Positions 1 through 9,296 of a stretch of 64,000 bases of DNA are shown here, one piece after another. Position 1 is the first letter of the stretch. Each line of letters begins with the position of its first letter. The position numbers were made by a program, and so were the translations under genes. The stretch covers positions 24,157 through 88,156 of the forward strand of contig JANOTL010000065.1 in assembly GCA_031416315.1 (NCBI GenBank), in the 5' to 3' direction. Source of the stretch: Pseudomonadota bacterium. GTDB lineage: Bacteria; Bdellovibrionota_B; Oligoflexia; Oligoflexales; CAIYRB01. The notes beneath the pieces were generated by a model. The model had not been told where the DNA came from and searched no databases. It saw only the letters and a list, made by a program, of their open reading frames with translations.

Positions 1-1047
1 CTTTCCGGCCTGAGCGCCGCGGAGGCCGACTTCGTCGGCCGCGAGTTCGCGCATTTCGTGCGTCCGCGTCGCGCGGGGCGGGCTGCCGTTGATGTCCTCG
101 TTCGCGTCCAAGAGCGGATCCCCGTTTCCGCGCTGCACCGGCGCCTCCGGCGTTGGCTCTCCTGGCCCACCGCCCCCGGTCCGCGCGGCTTCCACTTCGT
201 CAGCTTCTTCGCGCGCGTCCCCGTCGCCTACGCCTTCGAGCGCGGCCTCTGCCTCGTCGGCCGCGCGGATGCGGAGACGACGATCGAGGTGTTGTACGTG
301 ATCATACACGCCGCCGTCGGCGAATGCCTCGATCTTCGGGGCGTGCACCGTCTGCACGCCGCCACCGTGACCACGGCGGATGGCGGCGGCGCCTGGGCGA
401 TGGTCGGCGCCTCGGGCGTCGGCAAGACCACTCTCTTATGGTCCCTTCTCCGCGATCCCGCGACGGGCTGGCTCTCCGAGGACGTGGCCCTCGTAGACGC
501 GGCTCTCCGCGTGCGCGCCTTTCCCTTGCGTTTCGCCTTCCGTGGCGCGGCGCCGGAAGATGCCACGGAGTCGCTGCGCTTTCAGCGCCTGGGGTTTGGG
601 ACGAAGCACGTCGTCGCGGCGGCGCAGAAAGCGGCGCAGGTCGTGGACGCGGCGGATCTGCGGACGCTGGTGTTTCTGAGGCGTGAGCCTCGCCCAGGAG
701 ATCCGACCCTCGCGCGCGCTTCGCGACTCAGAGCCGCCTATTCGCTGGCGCGCTGGCTCGTCGTGGGGCACGAGCTGCCACAAATCTGGCAACTTTTCAT
801 CCGCTTCAGCTGGAAGTCGATGGCAGGGAAGGGGAGGATCGCCCGTTCGCGCGTGCGCACGGCGAGGGCGCTCCTGCGTGGGACGCGGCAGCTTGTTTAC
901 ACGCTGCCGCATGCGGAGGGTGAGGCGGAGCGGGATGTGGTTGCGGCTAGGTTGCGTGCGTTGGTTGTGGGAGCTTCGTCTAAGCTCCTTCAATCAATCA
1001 ACCCCGCCCCAAACGCCCGCAACCGCCGCTTCAACCGCGGAAAATAA
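1..1047 (+). CDS. HPr-kinase-related P-loop kinase, 5' end outside the window
   Basis: Frame is open from base 1. LHAATV...GASGVGKTT (Walker A) followed by WLSEDVALV is the pattern of HprK-related kinases. Confidence 0.7.
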   Translation, partial: LSGLSAAEADFVGREFAHFVRPRRAGRAAVDVLVRVQERIPVSALHRRLRRWLSWPTAPGPRGFHFVSFFARVPVAYAFERGLCLVGRADAETTIEVLYVIIHAAVGECLDLRGVHRLHAATVTTADGGGAWAMVGASGVGKTTLLWSLLRDPATGWLSEDVALVDAALRVRAFPLRFAFRGAAPEDATESLRFQRLGFGTKHVVAAAQKAAQVVDAADLRTLVFLRREPRPGDPTLARASRLRAAYSLARWLVVGHELPQIWQLFIRFSWKSMAGKGRIARSRVRTARALLRGTRQLVYTLPHAEGEAERDVVAARLRALVVGASSKLLQSINPAPNARNRRFNRGK

Positions 1048-2432
1048 TACCCCGCCCGCGCCACCACGCTCCCAAAGTTCCGGTTCACCGTCACCTCGTT
1101 CCTGGCCGACCAAGGCTCCTCGACGAAAAGAAAAGAGCTCGCCGCCGCCTGAAAGAAAAGCGTCTGCGTGAGAAACGCCGTATACACGACCTCCGCCGAG
1201 CCCACTGATCCCGCGCCGAGCCGCGCGGGCTGGCCTTCGGCCTTGAACCGCCCCAGAGACAAGCCGCTGCCCACCGACACCGTGAACGCGCCGAGCGCCG
1301 TGTGCGCCGTCGCCGCCGCGTGATAGCTCGGCAACACGAAGAGCGAGCTGACGTCCCGCATCCTGCGGTTCCCGTCGTCGTCTTCCAGCGTCAGCCGCGC
1401 GCTCGCGGAAAACAGCTCGACCTCCGGATACGTGCTCAAAGCGAAATCCCACGCGGCAAACGCCTGCGGATGCTCGACGCTCGTTAAGCTCGCGCTCGAA
1501 AGCGCGGCCGGCAAGGTGTCCTCCTCGTCCTTCTGCGCTTCGACCCGCCAAGGCTTCACGCCCTGAAACCCGAACGTCGACTTCGAATACCCGTAGGTCA
1601 TCGAGTTCGGAATGCCGGAGAAGGTCCACAAGGCCAGCCATTCACCGCCCGCGAGCTGGTAGCCCCGGCCGCCCGGGAGCTCCATCGCGAAGCGCGGCAC
1701 CTCCACCGAAGAGCCCCGATGCAGGTCGTAGACCTCCGGATTGAAGCGGATCAAGTCACCGGAGATCGTGTACGACGGCACGACGAGGTGCGTCGCACCG
1801 GCATCGTTTCCGAGGAAATGCAGCTTCTCGGCGTCGAGCCGAGCCAAGGACACCGGCTCGCGGTGGCTAATGCCCAAGACGTCGAACACGTCCTGCGCCG
1901 CCGCTTCCCCGACGAAGTCGTCGCAACCCGTCAGCGCGCGCCGCGCCTCTCGCTGCCACATCGTCGCCAGCCGCTCGGCGCGCGACGAGTCCAAATGCGC
2001 CGGCGGCGCCAGCACGTAGCGCCGGCAATACCGGGCGTCGCGTCGCGGCCCGCCGCCGTCGAAGGTCGCCAACACCGTATTCGGGCATTCGAACGCCGCA
2101 CCCGTCGCCAGATCCACGAGGATGCCGACAATCGCCGCCTCCGGCGCCAAAAGCCCGAAGATCCCGTTTCCGATCAGCTCCAGCCGCCAGCGGAAGCTGC
2201 AGTCGATCTCGACCACCTTCTCCTCGGCGCCGAGGCGAAAGTGCAGGCGCTCGCTCGGAACCCGTTGCATCTTGAGGTAAAAAGGCGAGGTGCCGCTCGG
2301 GCCCTTTTCACCGTCGAGCGTCATGGTCGCGCCGCGCGGCTCGGAATCGATCGAAACGATCTGTTTATTGCCCCCGACCGTCGCGCATCCGGGCAAAATC
2401 ATTAGAAACGTTATAGATGTCTTGAAATTCAT
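990..2432 (-). CDS. PEGA-domain lipoprotein with probable C-terminal beta-barrel
   Basis: Lipoprotein signal MNFKTSITFLMILPG-C; PEGA-like SIDSEPRGATMTLDG...GTSP; amphipathic strands ending AGYYF. Confidence 0.6.
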   Translation of the reverse strand: MNFKTSITFLMILPGCATVGGNKQIVSIDSEPRGATMTLDGEKGPSGTSPFYLKMQRVPSERLHFRLGAEEKVVEIDCSFRWRLELIGNGIFGLLAPEAAIVGILVDLATGAAFECPNTVLATFDGGGPRRDARYCRRYVLAPPAHLDSSRAERLATMWQREARRALTGCDDFVGEAAAQDVFDVLGISHREPVSLARLDAEKLHFLGNDAGATHLVVPSYTISGDLIRFNPEVYDLHRGSSVEVPRFAMELPGGRGYQLAGGEWLALWTFSGIPNSMTYGYSKSTFGFQGVKPWRVEAQKDEEDTLPAALSSASLTSVEHPQAFAAWDFALSTYPEVELFSASARLTLEDDDGNRRMRDVSSLFVLPSYHAAATAHTALGAFTVSVGSGLSLGRFKAEGQPARLGAGSVGSAEVVYTAFLTQTLFFQAAASSFLFVEEPWSARNEVTVNRNFGSVVARAGYYFPRLKRRLRAFGAGLID

Positions 2433-2448
2433 TTAATTCTATTAGAAT

Positions 2449-3066
2449 ATGTTGAAAATGAGTCGAGGCCCCCAAAAGATCATCCTTTCGTTGGCGCTCG
2501 CTCTTTGCGGCGCGGCCGAGGCGCGGGCGACCGCCGCCTCCGTGCGGGTGAATCCGGTCGCATCATATTCCGCCGCGACCATGGGCGGCCACGGAATCGA
2601 CGTCGGGGCCGAGCTTTTCTTCGACCCGCGCTGGGCTCTCGGCGTGAACGCCGCCTACGGCCTCATGCGCTTCGGCCTGATGAACAGCCTGACGCCGGAC
2701 AAGTCCAAGGTCGAGGTGGAGTTCGAGGACACCAAAAGCCAATCTTACGGCGTCCAGCTCGCGCGCTACCACGGCCCGAACGAGCGGCTTTACGCGCTCG
2801 TCTCCCTCGCGTACTCCGCCTCCGAGGTGCACGCGAAGACGAACGGCGAGCCCGTGCACGTCAAGCAGTCCTCCGCCCTCCCTGAGCTCGGTTACGGCTA
2901 CCGCTGGCTCTTCCGCCACGGCGGCTTCGCCAGTTTCGGCGGCGGCATGGTCTACCGCGTCCCGCTCAAGGACGAGATCGAGGGCAATGCAAAGCCTCTG
3001 AAGCTCGAGGCCCTGGGCCGCACGTATCCGACCCTGCGTTTGGGCATCGGCTACCTCTTCCGATGA
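2449..3066 (+). CDS. Small outer-membrane beta-barrel protein (start may be 2458)
   Basis: Signal peptide, alternating beta-strands, C-terminal LRLGIGYLF beta-signal; stop overlaps the next start (ATGA). Confidence 0.65.
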   Translation: MLKMSRGPQKIILSLALALCGAAEARATAASVRVNPVASYSAATMGGHGIDVGAELFFDPRWALGVNAAYGLMRFGLMNSLTPDKSKVEVEFEDTKSQSYGVQLARYHGPNERLYALVSLAYSASEVHAKTNGEPVHVKQSSALPELGYGYRWLFRHGGFASFGGGMVYRVPLKDEIEGNAKPLKLEALGRTYPTLRLGIGYLFR

Positions 3067-5954
3067 TTCCACGCCCCCTGAAATGGCTCGCCGCCGGTGG
3101 CGGCGCGGCCTTCGTCCTGGTCGCCGCGGCGCTCGCGGTCTTCGGCCGCGCCGCGTGGGACGAGCGCCAAGCCCTCGTCGTCCGCCTGGCCGCGGAGCTC
3201 GGCGGCGTCGAGATCCAGGTCGAGGATGTCGCCGTCGCCCTGGACCGCTGGCGCGACGGCTTCCTCGGCGCGCAGTTCACCGGAGTCACCGCCCTCGGCA
3301 CCAAAATCGACCGCGTCTCGGTCGGCATCGAGATCTTCGCCTCGCTGAAAGAGCGCCGCGCCGTCCTGAAAGGTCTCACCGTCTCCGGCTTCTCGCTGCC
3401 GCCGGCGGCGGCGCAGGTTGAGGTCGAAAGCCCGAAAGCGGAGACGCCGCCGCCCGACCTCGCCACGATCTGGAGCTCAGTCCTCCGCTTCGGGACGATC
3501 CGGCTCGAGAACGTCGAGGTCGCGACCGAAGCCTTGGGCATCGGCGGCCCGCTCCACGTCGAGGTCGCCGATTTGATCGCCACCGGAGCCGGAGTCGCGC
3601 ATGTCGACGTGCGCGCCACGCTCGCCAGCTCGGGGCCCGTCGTCGCCGCCGCCGACGTCTCTTTGCAAGGCGGCGCCGTGCGGCTCGCGAATCTGAGCCT
3701 TGCTGCCGACCTCTTCCAACTCGCCCCCTTCTACTACCGCTACGTCGACCCGAGCGATCCGCTGCCCGCCGAGCCGCTCGTCGTCGAGCATCTCGACGCC
3801 TCGGGCGAGCTCTTCATCGGCGAGGATCTCGTCCTCGTCGACCTGCGCAAGATCGCGCTCCGCTCGAAGATGGCGACCGCGACCGCCGTCGTTTACGTGA
3901 AGGAAGCCGGCGAGATCTTCGACTACAAGGTCGACGTCGACGTCGAGGACGGCACGGAGGGCGTTTTGCCCGGTCTGCCGCCCGCCCTCATCGGCAAGGA
4001 CGTCTCCGACTGGCTCGCGACCCACTTGAAGACGGTCAAGATCAAGGGCGCGACTTTGCGCTTGCATGGCGACGCGGCCGGCTTGGCGGCGCTCGATCTG
4101 CGCTTGCCGGTCTCGGGCTCGCGCCTTGCGTTTGCCCCCGGCTGGCCGGAGCTTGAGGACGTCGACGCGCAGGTGCAAGTCACCGCGGACGGCCTCCACG
4201 TCGTCGGGACCGGCGCCCGCATCGGCGAGCTCAAGCTTCGAGGCTTCACGGTCGATGTCCCCAGCTTCGAGACCACGCCCCGCCTCACCGTCGACACGCG
4301 CCTCGAAGGGGACGCCGAAGCCGTCCTCGCGACCCTCGCGCAAACGCCGCTGAAAGGCACGGTCCGAGACATCCGCGCCTTGCCGCTGCGCCTCTCCGGC
4401 CCGCTCGCATCGAGCCTCAAGGTCGAAGTCGGCCTGGGTGACCCCGAGGCGGACGGCGCGGTCTCGGTCTCCGGCACGGCCGAGCTCCTCGGCGTCGAGG
4501 CCGCGCTCACCAACGCGCCGGTCCCGCCGCTCACCGCGCTCAGAGGCAGGATCAACTTCACGCACGAGCATTTGGCAAGCGCCGGCAAGCTCCGCGGCAC
4601 CCTCGACGGCCAGGAGATCGCGATCGCTTTCGACCTGCCGCTGACGGAGGAGCTCCCGGTCTGCAAGCTGGAGATCGACGGCACTGCGCGACTCGAGACC
4701 GTCCTCGTCGCGCTCGGCCGATCCGCGTCCGATAGCCTCGCCGGCCTGGCACGAGCGCACGTTACAGGCGAGATCGGCGCAGCGCCGGGCGGCGCGATCG
4801 CCTATTCCGGCAAGGCCGAGCTCGACCTCACTGCCGCCGGCCTCGCGCTGAAAGGCTTGATGGTGAAGCCGGCCGGCGTCGCCGCAGAGGCCGTGCTGCG
4901 GTTCGCGAGCGCTCCTTCAGGCCCGACGCTCGAAGCGCAATATCGCAGCGCCGCCGAGTCCGCGAGCGCCAAGCTCGCCTTTTCGGCTGAGCGCGTGAGC
5001 GGCGACGTCGTGCTTGCGCTGACGAACGCGCGAGGGACGATCGCCCTACCAAAGGGCGCTGGACCGATCGTGGCGGCGTTTACGCGCCTGCACGTTACCG
5101 AGACGCAACCCACCGCAACGGCGACCGCTGCGCCCGCAGTCTCGGAGGCCGTCGCGCCGGCGCTCGATCCCCGGGACGTCCCGGAGCTCCAGATCAGCTG
5201 CGAAGACCTCGTCCTCGGTAAGCGCCGCCTCGGCCGCATCGAGCTCCGCACCACAAAAATCCCCGAAGGCCAGTCGGTCGACTTTCTCGCCTTAGACCTC
5301 GGCGCGGCCTCCCTTTATGACACGACCGGCCGCTGGGTGATGACGCCTTTCGGCACTGACCTCTCCGTCAAGGGCAAGATCTACCTCCGCAACGGCGGCG
5401 AGGCTCTGCAGCAGCTCGATTTGGGCGACGCCGTCGAGGGCCTCCGCGGCAACGTCGACTTCGCCGTCTCGTGGCCCGACTTGTCCACCGACCTCGACGC
5501 GCGTCGCTTGACCGCGCGCATCGCCGTGGACGTGCGCGAAGCGAACATCGCCGCCGTCGACGGCGTCGCATTGAAAGCCCTCGACGTCCTGACGCTGCGC
5601 TTCTTCGATCTCACGAAAGAAGGCCTCGTCATCGAGACGGCGACCGCCGAGCTCACCTTCAAGGCCGGCCACCTCGCGATCGGCCACGCCCGCATCGAAA
5701 GCCCCACCGCCAGCCTCGTCGCCAAGGGTGACCTCGACTTCGAGGAGGAGAGCGTCGACGCCGGCGTCGACGTCACACTGAAGATCTCGCGCACCTTGAA
5801 CGCGGTCGCGCTCGGCATCGTCAATCCGCTGCTCGCGCTCGGCTACTTGAGCCAGGACGCCGACTTGACCGTCGTCAAGCTGGATGGGCTGACGCGGCAC
5901 TCGTATCGGGTCACGGGGCCGTGGGCGGACCCGAAGGTGGAGCTGGGGCACTAG
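3063..5954 (+). CDS. YhdP/AsmA-like (DUF3971/AsmA_2) intermembrane lipid-transport protein
   Basis: N-terminal TM anchor, long beta-rich body, FAPGWPELEDV motif, C-terminal YRVTGPWADPKVE typical of YhdP. Confidence 0.75.
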   Translation: MIPRPLKWLAAGGGAAFVLVAAALAVFGRAAWDERQALVVRLAAELGGVEIQVEDVAVALDRWRDGFLGAQFTGVTALGTKIDRVSVGIEIFASLKERRAVLKGLTVSGFSLPPAAAQVEVESPKAETPPPDLATIWSSVLRFGTIRLENVEVATEALGIGGPLHVEVADLIATGAGVAHVDVRATLASSGPVVAAADVSLQGGAVRLANLSLAADLFQLAPFYYRYVDPSDPLPAEPLVVEHLDASGELFIGEDLVLVDLRKIALRSKMATATAVVYVKEAGEIFDYKVDVDVEDGTEGVLPGLPPALIGKDVSDWLATHLKTVKIKGATLRLHGDAAGLAALDLRLPVSGSRLAFAPGWPELEDVDAQVQVTADGLHVVGTGARIGELKLRGFTVDVPSFETTPRLTVDTRLEGDAEAVLATLAQTPLKGTVRDIRALPLRLSGPLASSLKVEVGLGDPEADGAVSVSGTAELLGVEAALTNAPVPPLTALRGRINFTHEHLASAGKLRGTLDGQEIAIAFDLPLTEELPVCKLEIDGTARLETVLVALGRSASDSLAGLARAHVTGEIGAAPGGAIAYSGKAELDLTAAGLALKGLMVKPAGVAAEAVLRFASAPSGPTLEAQYRSAAESASAKLAFSAERVSGDVVLALTNARGTIALPKGAGPIVAAFTRLHVTETQPTATATAAPAVSEAVAPALDPRDVPELQISCEDLVLGKRRLGRIELRTTKIPEGQSVDFLALDLGAASLYDTTGRWVMTPFGTDLSVKGKIYLRNGGEALQQLDLGDAVEGLRGNVDFAVSWPDLSTDLDARRLTARIAVDVREANIAAVDGVALKALDVLTLRFFDLTKEGLVIETATAELTFKAGHLAIGHARIESPTASLVAKGDLDFEEESVDAGVDVTLKISRTLNAVALGIVNPLLALGYLSQDADLTVVKLDGLTRHSYRVTGPWADPKVELGH

Positions 5955-6041
5955 GACAAGAACGCCTCCCGCTTTTCGACGACCAGGGTCGCATCGTCGG
6001 CGTCGTCTCGATCACCTATATGTTCGACGCGAATGCCGAGA

Positions 6042-6356
6042 TCACCAACGATGGCAGCAAGGCCTTAGTTTGGAGAGAAATCTAGGAGCCCATGGAGCTG
6101 CCGATCCGCAGTCGGCGGATCGGCGTCGGCTGGGCTGGCGGGATATCCGTCTGAATGGGCACAACAGCCGCTGGCTGGATCGGCTCAGGCGGCGGTGTTC
6201 TGGGTGCCTCCGCGACCGGCTGAGCCCCTGGAGTCGCCTGCCTTGACCCGGTGTTCTCGATCCCATCGACATAGCAGCTACGGCAGTCACCCCAATCAAA
6301 CTTTCGACGACGATCAAGCCTAAGACCGCCATTTTCCTCTGCCTGTCTTTCGTCAC
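6042..6356 (-). CDS. Putative small membrane-anchored protein, possibly frameshifted
   Basis: AAGGAGG 6 nt before GTG at 6356; basic N-terminus then hydrophobic AVLGLIVVESLIGVTAVAAM. A Pro-rich continuation lies in another frame ending at 6082. Confidence 0.3.
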   Translation of the reverse strand: MTKDRQRKMAVLGLIVVESLIGVTAVAAMSMGSRTPGQGRRLQGLSRSRRHPEHRRLSRSSQRLLCPFRRISRQPSRRRSADCGSAAPWAPRFLSKLRPCCHRW

Positions 6357-6400
6357 GTCGCGCCTCCTTCGGCTGCCCGCCGATCGATGGTTCAAAGACC

Positions 6401-6688
6401 TCACAAGCCTGCGCGTCGGCGAATTTGAAACATTCGAATTCGCATGAGGGCCGTTCTCTTCGCCCCGCGAATCAAGCCTACGGAAGGATCGGAGGGTCGT
6501 GTGGCTGCGTATCCTCGGCGCGACGGAAGCGGGGTCCTCGCGTGCGGCGCGGGCGTAAAGAAGCGCGCCATAAGCGCCCTGATCCAGAGCCAGGCGAGCC
6601 TGATCGAGCCAAGATTTTTGGCGTCAGCCCCGGTTCGCCGTCGGCTGGTCTGGCGGCATCGCTTGAGATTGATCGTGTTTCTAAACAT
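6401..6688 (-). CDS. Putative small basic hypothetical protein (95 aa)
   Basis: GGAGG 7 nt before the ATG; divergent from the baeRF3 pair; no family recognised. Confidence 0.3.
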   Translation of the reverse strand: MFRNTINLKRCRQTSRRRTGADAKNLGSIRLAWLWIRALMARFFTPAPHARTPLPSRRGYAATRPSDPSVGLIRGAKRTALMRIRMFQIRRRAGL

Positions 6689-6739
6689 CGCTATGCCTCC
6701 CCAAAACCACCGGTGTCGCCGCAGCGTTTACGGGGAGAT

Positions 6740-6920
6740 CATCGGCCAATTTTTGGCTTCAATAAAATTGATAATCCTGAAGCAAAATATCGCTAAAAAC
6801 GAACGATAAAGCTTTCTCTGCCCTGTCGAAGCAATGATTGCCGAGCATTTCCGGACGTCCGATTCACCATCTTGTAAAACGAATCTTATGTTTTGTATTA
6901 TCGATTTATGTAAATCATGG
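6740..6920. promoter_or_regulatory. AT-rich divergent promoter region
   Basis: Strongly AT-rich stretch (e.g. TTCAATAAAATTGATAAT, TTTTGTATTATCGATTTATGTAAAT) between divergent ORFs in a GC-rich background. Confidence 0.5.
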
Positions 6921-6977
6921 CCGGCGCCGCTAAGATTGAGGTAGCTGGGAAACGATTCCCGGAACTTCATTGGAGTC

Positions 6978-7976
6978 ATGACCATGCAAAAACTCGCCGT
7001 CTCCGACCTCTCACGTCTCGTCGGGTTCGCGGGCCGCCCCTGCGTCTCGCTCTATCTTCCGGCTCGCGTTCGCCTTTCGCCGCTGCATGCCGTCGCCGCG
7101 AAGCTCGCCGCAGCGCGCCTCAGCCGCTTCTTCCCGACGGCGGCGCCGGAGCTTTGCAAGCGTCTCGACGACGTTGCGGACGGGGCGGCTCCCAATCCAG
7201 CCCGCGTCATCTTTCTCGCCCCGGGTTTCTCGGCATTCCATGAGCTGCCGACTATCTCCAAGCCGACGGTCGTCGTCGCCGACAGCTTTCACATCAAGCC
7301 GCTTATTCCGAGCCTGCAGCAGCACGGCGCTTACAGAGTCGCCGACTTGTCCGGCTATGAGGATGTGTTCCACGACTGCCAATACGGCGAGGTCCTTCTA
7401 AAGGATTCGAGCGCAGCAACACAGTTGGCAGGCGGCGTGCCGGTCGTCGTATTCGGGCCGTTCGAGCGGCAGGAACGGTTCCGCCTGGCGCAAAGCGACC
7501 GCGATTCAATTCTAGGCGGCCGATCGACCCTCACGACTGCAGGCTCTAGCCCGGAAGACCTTGCACGGCGTGCCTACCAACTCGTCCGGCCTGAGCTTCG
7601 GCGGGCGGTTCAGCGCTCGATCGAGCAATTCTCGGCCGCCGCAGCGCGCGGCCTCGGGATCGATCGCCCCGTCCACATCGCCCGCGCCGCGGCGGCGGGT
7701 GAGGTCGAGCTCCTCCTTATCCAGGAAGAAACGAATCTATGGGGTCGGATGGACCGACAGCGAGGTGAGATCCTAGAGCTGGCGCGAAGCCAGGACGACG
7801 GGCCGTTCGATGACCTTCTGGACGATTTGGCCGAACTGACGCTCGTCGGTGGCGGCGCCGTGCGCATCGTCGCAGCGCGCCACATGCCGACGGCTTCGCC
7901 GGTCGCCGCGATCGTCCGCCGAAGGAACCACCGTCCAGCGCTGCGGCGGATCGAGCCGGAAGCGTTTCGACGCTGA
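6978..7976 (+). CDS. baeRF3-family (aeRF1/Pelota-like, Balon-like) protein, copy 1
   Basis: PCVSLYLP, VVADSFHIKPL, C-terminal L7Ae-like GEVELLLI...WG...DDLLDDLAELTLVGGGAV...MPT; no GGQ. Confidence 0.75.
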   Translation: MTMQKLAVSDLSRLVGFAGRPCVSLYLPARVRLSPLHAVAAKLAAARLSRFFPTAAPELCKRLDDVADGAAPNPARVIFLAPGFSAFHELPTISKPTVVVADSFHIKPLIPSLQQHGAYRVADLSGYEDVFHDCQYGEVLLKDSSAATQLAGGVPVVVFGPFERQERFRLAQSDRDSILGGRSTLTTAGSSPEDLARRAYQLVRPELRRAVQRSIEQFSAAAARGLGIDRPVHIARAAAAGEVELLLIQEETNLWGRMDRQRGEILELARSQDDGPFDDLLDDLAELTLVGGGAVRIVAARHMPTASPVAAIVRRRNHRPALRRIEPEAFRR

Positions 7977-8024
7977 GCGCGCCAAGTCAAAAAGTCTCAT
8001 GGCCTCACGAATGGAGAAAGTGCA

Positions 8025-9101
8025 ATGGAACAGCTCGCGATCAAAGACCTCCGCCAGGAACTGTCGTCCGCATCTGGCCCTTGCGTATCGATCTACGTCG
8101 AGATCGGGAATACGCCCGAGCATCGAGATGCCGCCGCGCGCCGTCTGACTCGGCTGATATCCCGGGCCGAAGCGCTGCTGACGCGCCAGGGCTCCGGGCT
8201 GGCACAGAGGCTGTGCTCGCCACTTTACGCTTTCGTCGAGCGTCTACCGCGCCTCCCGTTCGGACAAGGCCTGGCGCTCTTCCGGTCGGAGGGGATCGCT
8301 GCCTTCACTCCGATCGCGACGAAGGCTCCCGAGCGCACGGTCGTTGCCGACAGCTTCCACTTCAAGCCGCTTTTGGCGATGCTGCAGGCGCAAGAGCGTT
8401 TTCACCTTCTGGTCTGCGCGCACTCCTCGGTCCGAGTTTTCGAGGGCGACCGCTCCGGGTTGAAAGAGCGAGAGGTACTCTACGCTCCCTACCACCGCTC
8501 CGAGGCACAGGCCGCCAGTTTGCCGAGAACGCCGCTCAAGAACCGCGCGCGTCAGGTCACTCGTTTCTACCGAACCGTCGACAGCCGTTTGCTGCAAAGG
8601 CTACGGCGCAGTGGGGAGCCGGTCGTGATTGCGGCGCCCCCGCATCTATCGGCGCTCTACCGGAGCGCGAGCCGCCTAAAAACCATACTGGAGCCGATCG
8701 ACAAATTCGCCTCGGGCGCTCCGACGGCCGTGGTCGAGCTTCACGGAGCGAGCTGGCAAACGGTAGAGCGAGAGCTGGCCAGAAGGCGCCGCAACGTCGC
8801 GCACACGTACCACGTGATGCGGCTCAAAAATCGCACGGTCGAATCGTTCGAAGAGCTCGCGGTCGCCGCCGTCACAGGAAAGATCGACACGCTGATCCTG
8901 GAGAAGGGCGTCACGGTCTGGGGTCGTCTCGACCGCAACTCCGGGATCATCGAGCGCCAGCGCCAGCAGGAAGACGGACCCGCGGATGACGTCATGGACG
9001 ACCTCGCCGAGATCGTCCTCGACCACGGCGGGATCGTCCACCTCTTTGAGGCCGGAGAGATGCCGACGCGCACGTCCGCGGTCGGCTTAACGAGACGGTG
9101 A
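8025..9101 (+). CDS. baeRF3-family (aeRF1/Pelota-like, Balon-like) protein, copy 2
   Basis: PCVSIYV, GLALFRS, VVADSFHFKPLL, GKIDTLIL...WGRLD...DDVMDDLAEIVLDHGGIV...MPT; no GGQ. Confidence 0.8.
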   Translation: MEQLAIKDLRQELSSASGPCVSIYVEIGNTPEHRDAAARRLTRLISRAEALLTRQGSGLAQRLCSPLYAFVERLPRLPFGQGLALFRSEGIAAFTPIATKAPERTVVADSFHFKPLLAMLQAQERFHLLVCAHSSVRVFEGDRSGLKEREVLYAPYHRSEAQAASLPRTPLKNRARQVTRFYRTVDSRLLQRLRRSGEPVVIAAPPHLSALYRSASRLKTILEPIDKFASGAPTAVVELHGASWQTVERELARRRRNVAHTYHVMRLKNRTVESFEELAVAAVTGKIDTLILEKGVTVWGRLDRNSGIIERQRQQEDGPADDVMDDLAEIVLDHGGIVHLFEAGEMPTRTSAVGLTRR

Positions 9102-9296
9102 CAACGTCACCAGGGCGAAAGACCGCGGCATTTTCGGAGGGCGCTCTGCGGAAAGGGGCAGATCGCTAGCCTCATCACTGAGGCCCACAGTCGGTTCCGA
9201 CGACCACGCACGTGTCGGTAGTCGCGAGTTCAGCGCATGCGACGACCGAGCATCGCGCCGCGGCGATGGCGGCCCGAGGCGAGCCGTAAAGCTTGC

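Noticed and set aside
3477..4760. Long alternative-frame and antisense ORFs (also 13717-15069, 19464-20579, 23101-24735, 28601-30010, 54949-57075, 57640-58971)
   Set aside because: Shadows of well-supported genes in high-GC DNA, with no recognisable motifs.
6978..9101. Functional peptide-chain release factors
   Set aside because: Neither copy contains the catalytic GGQ motif.
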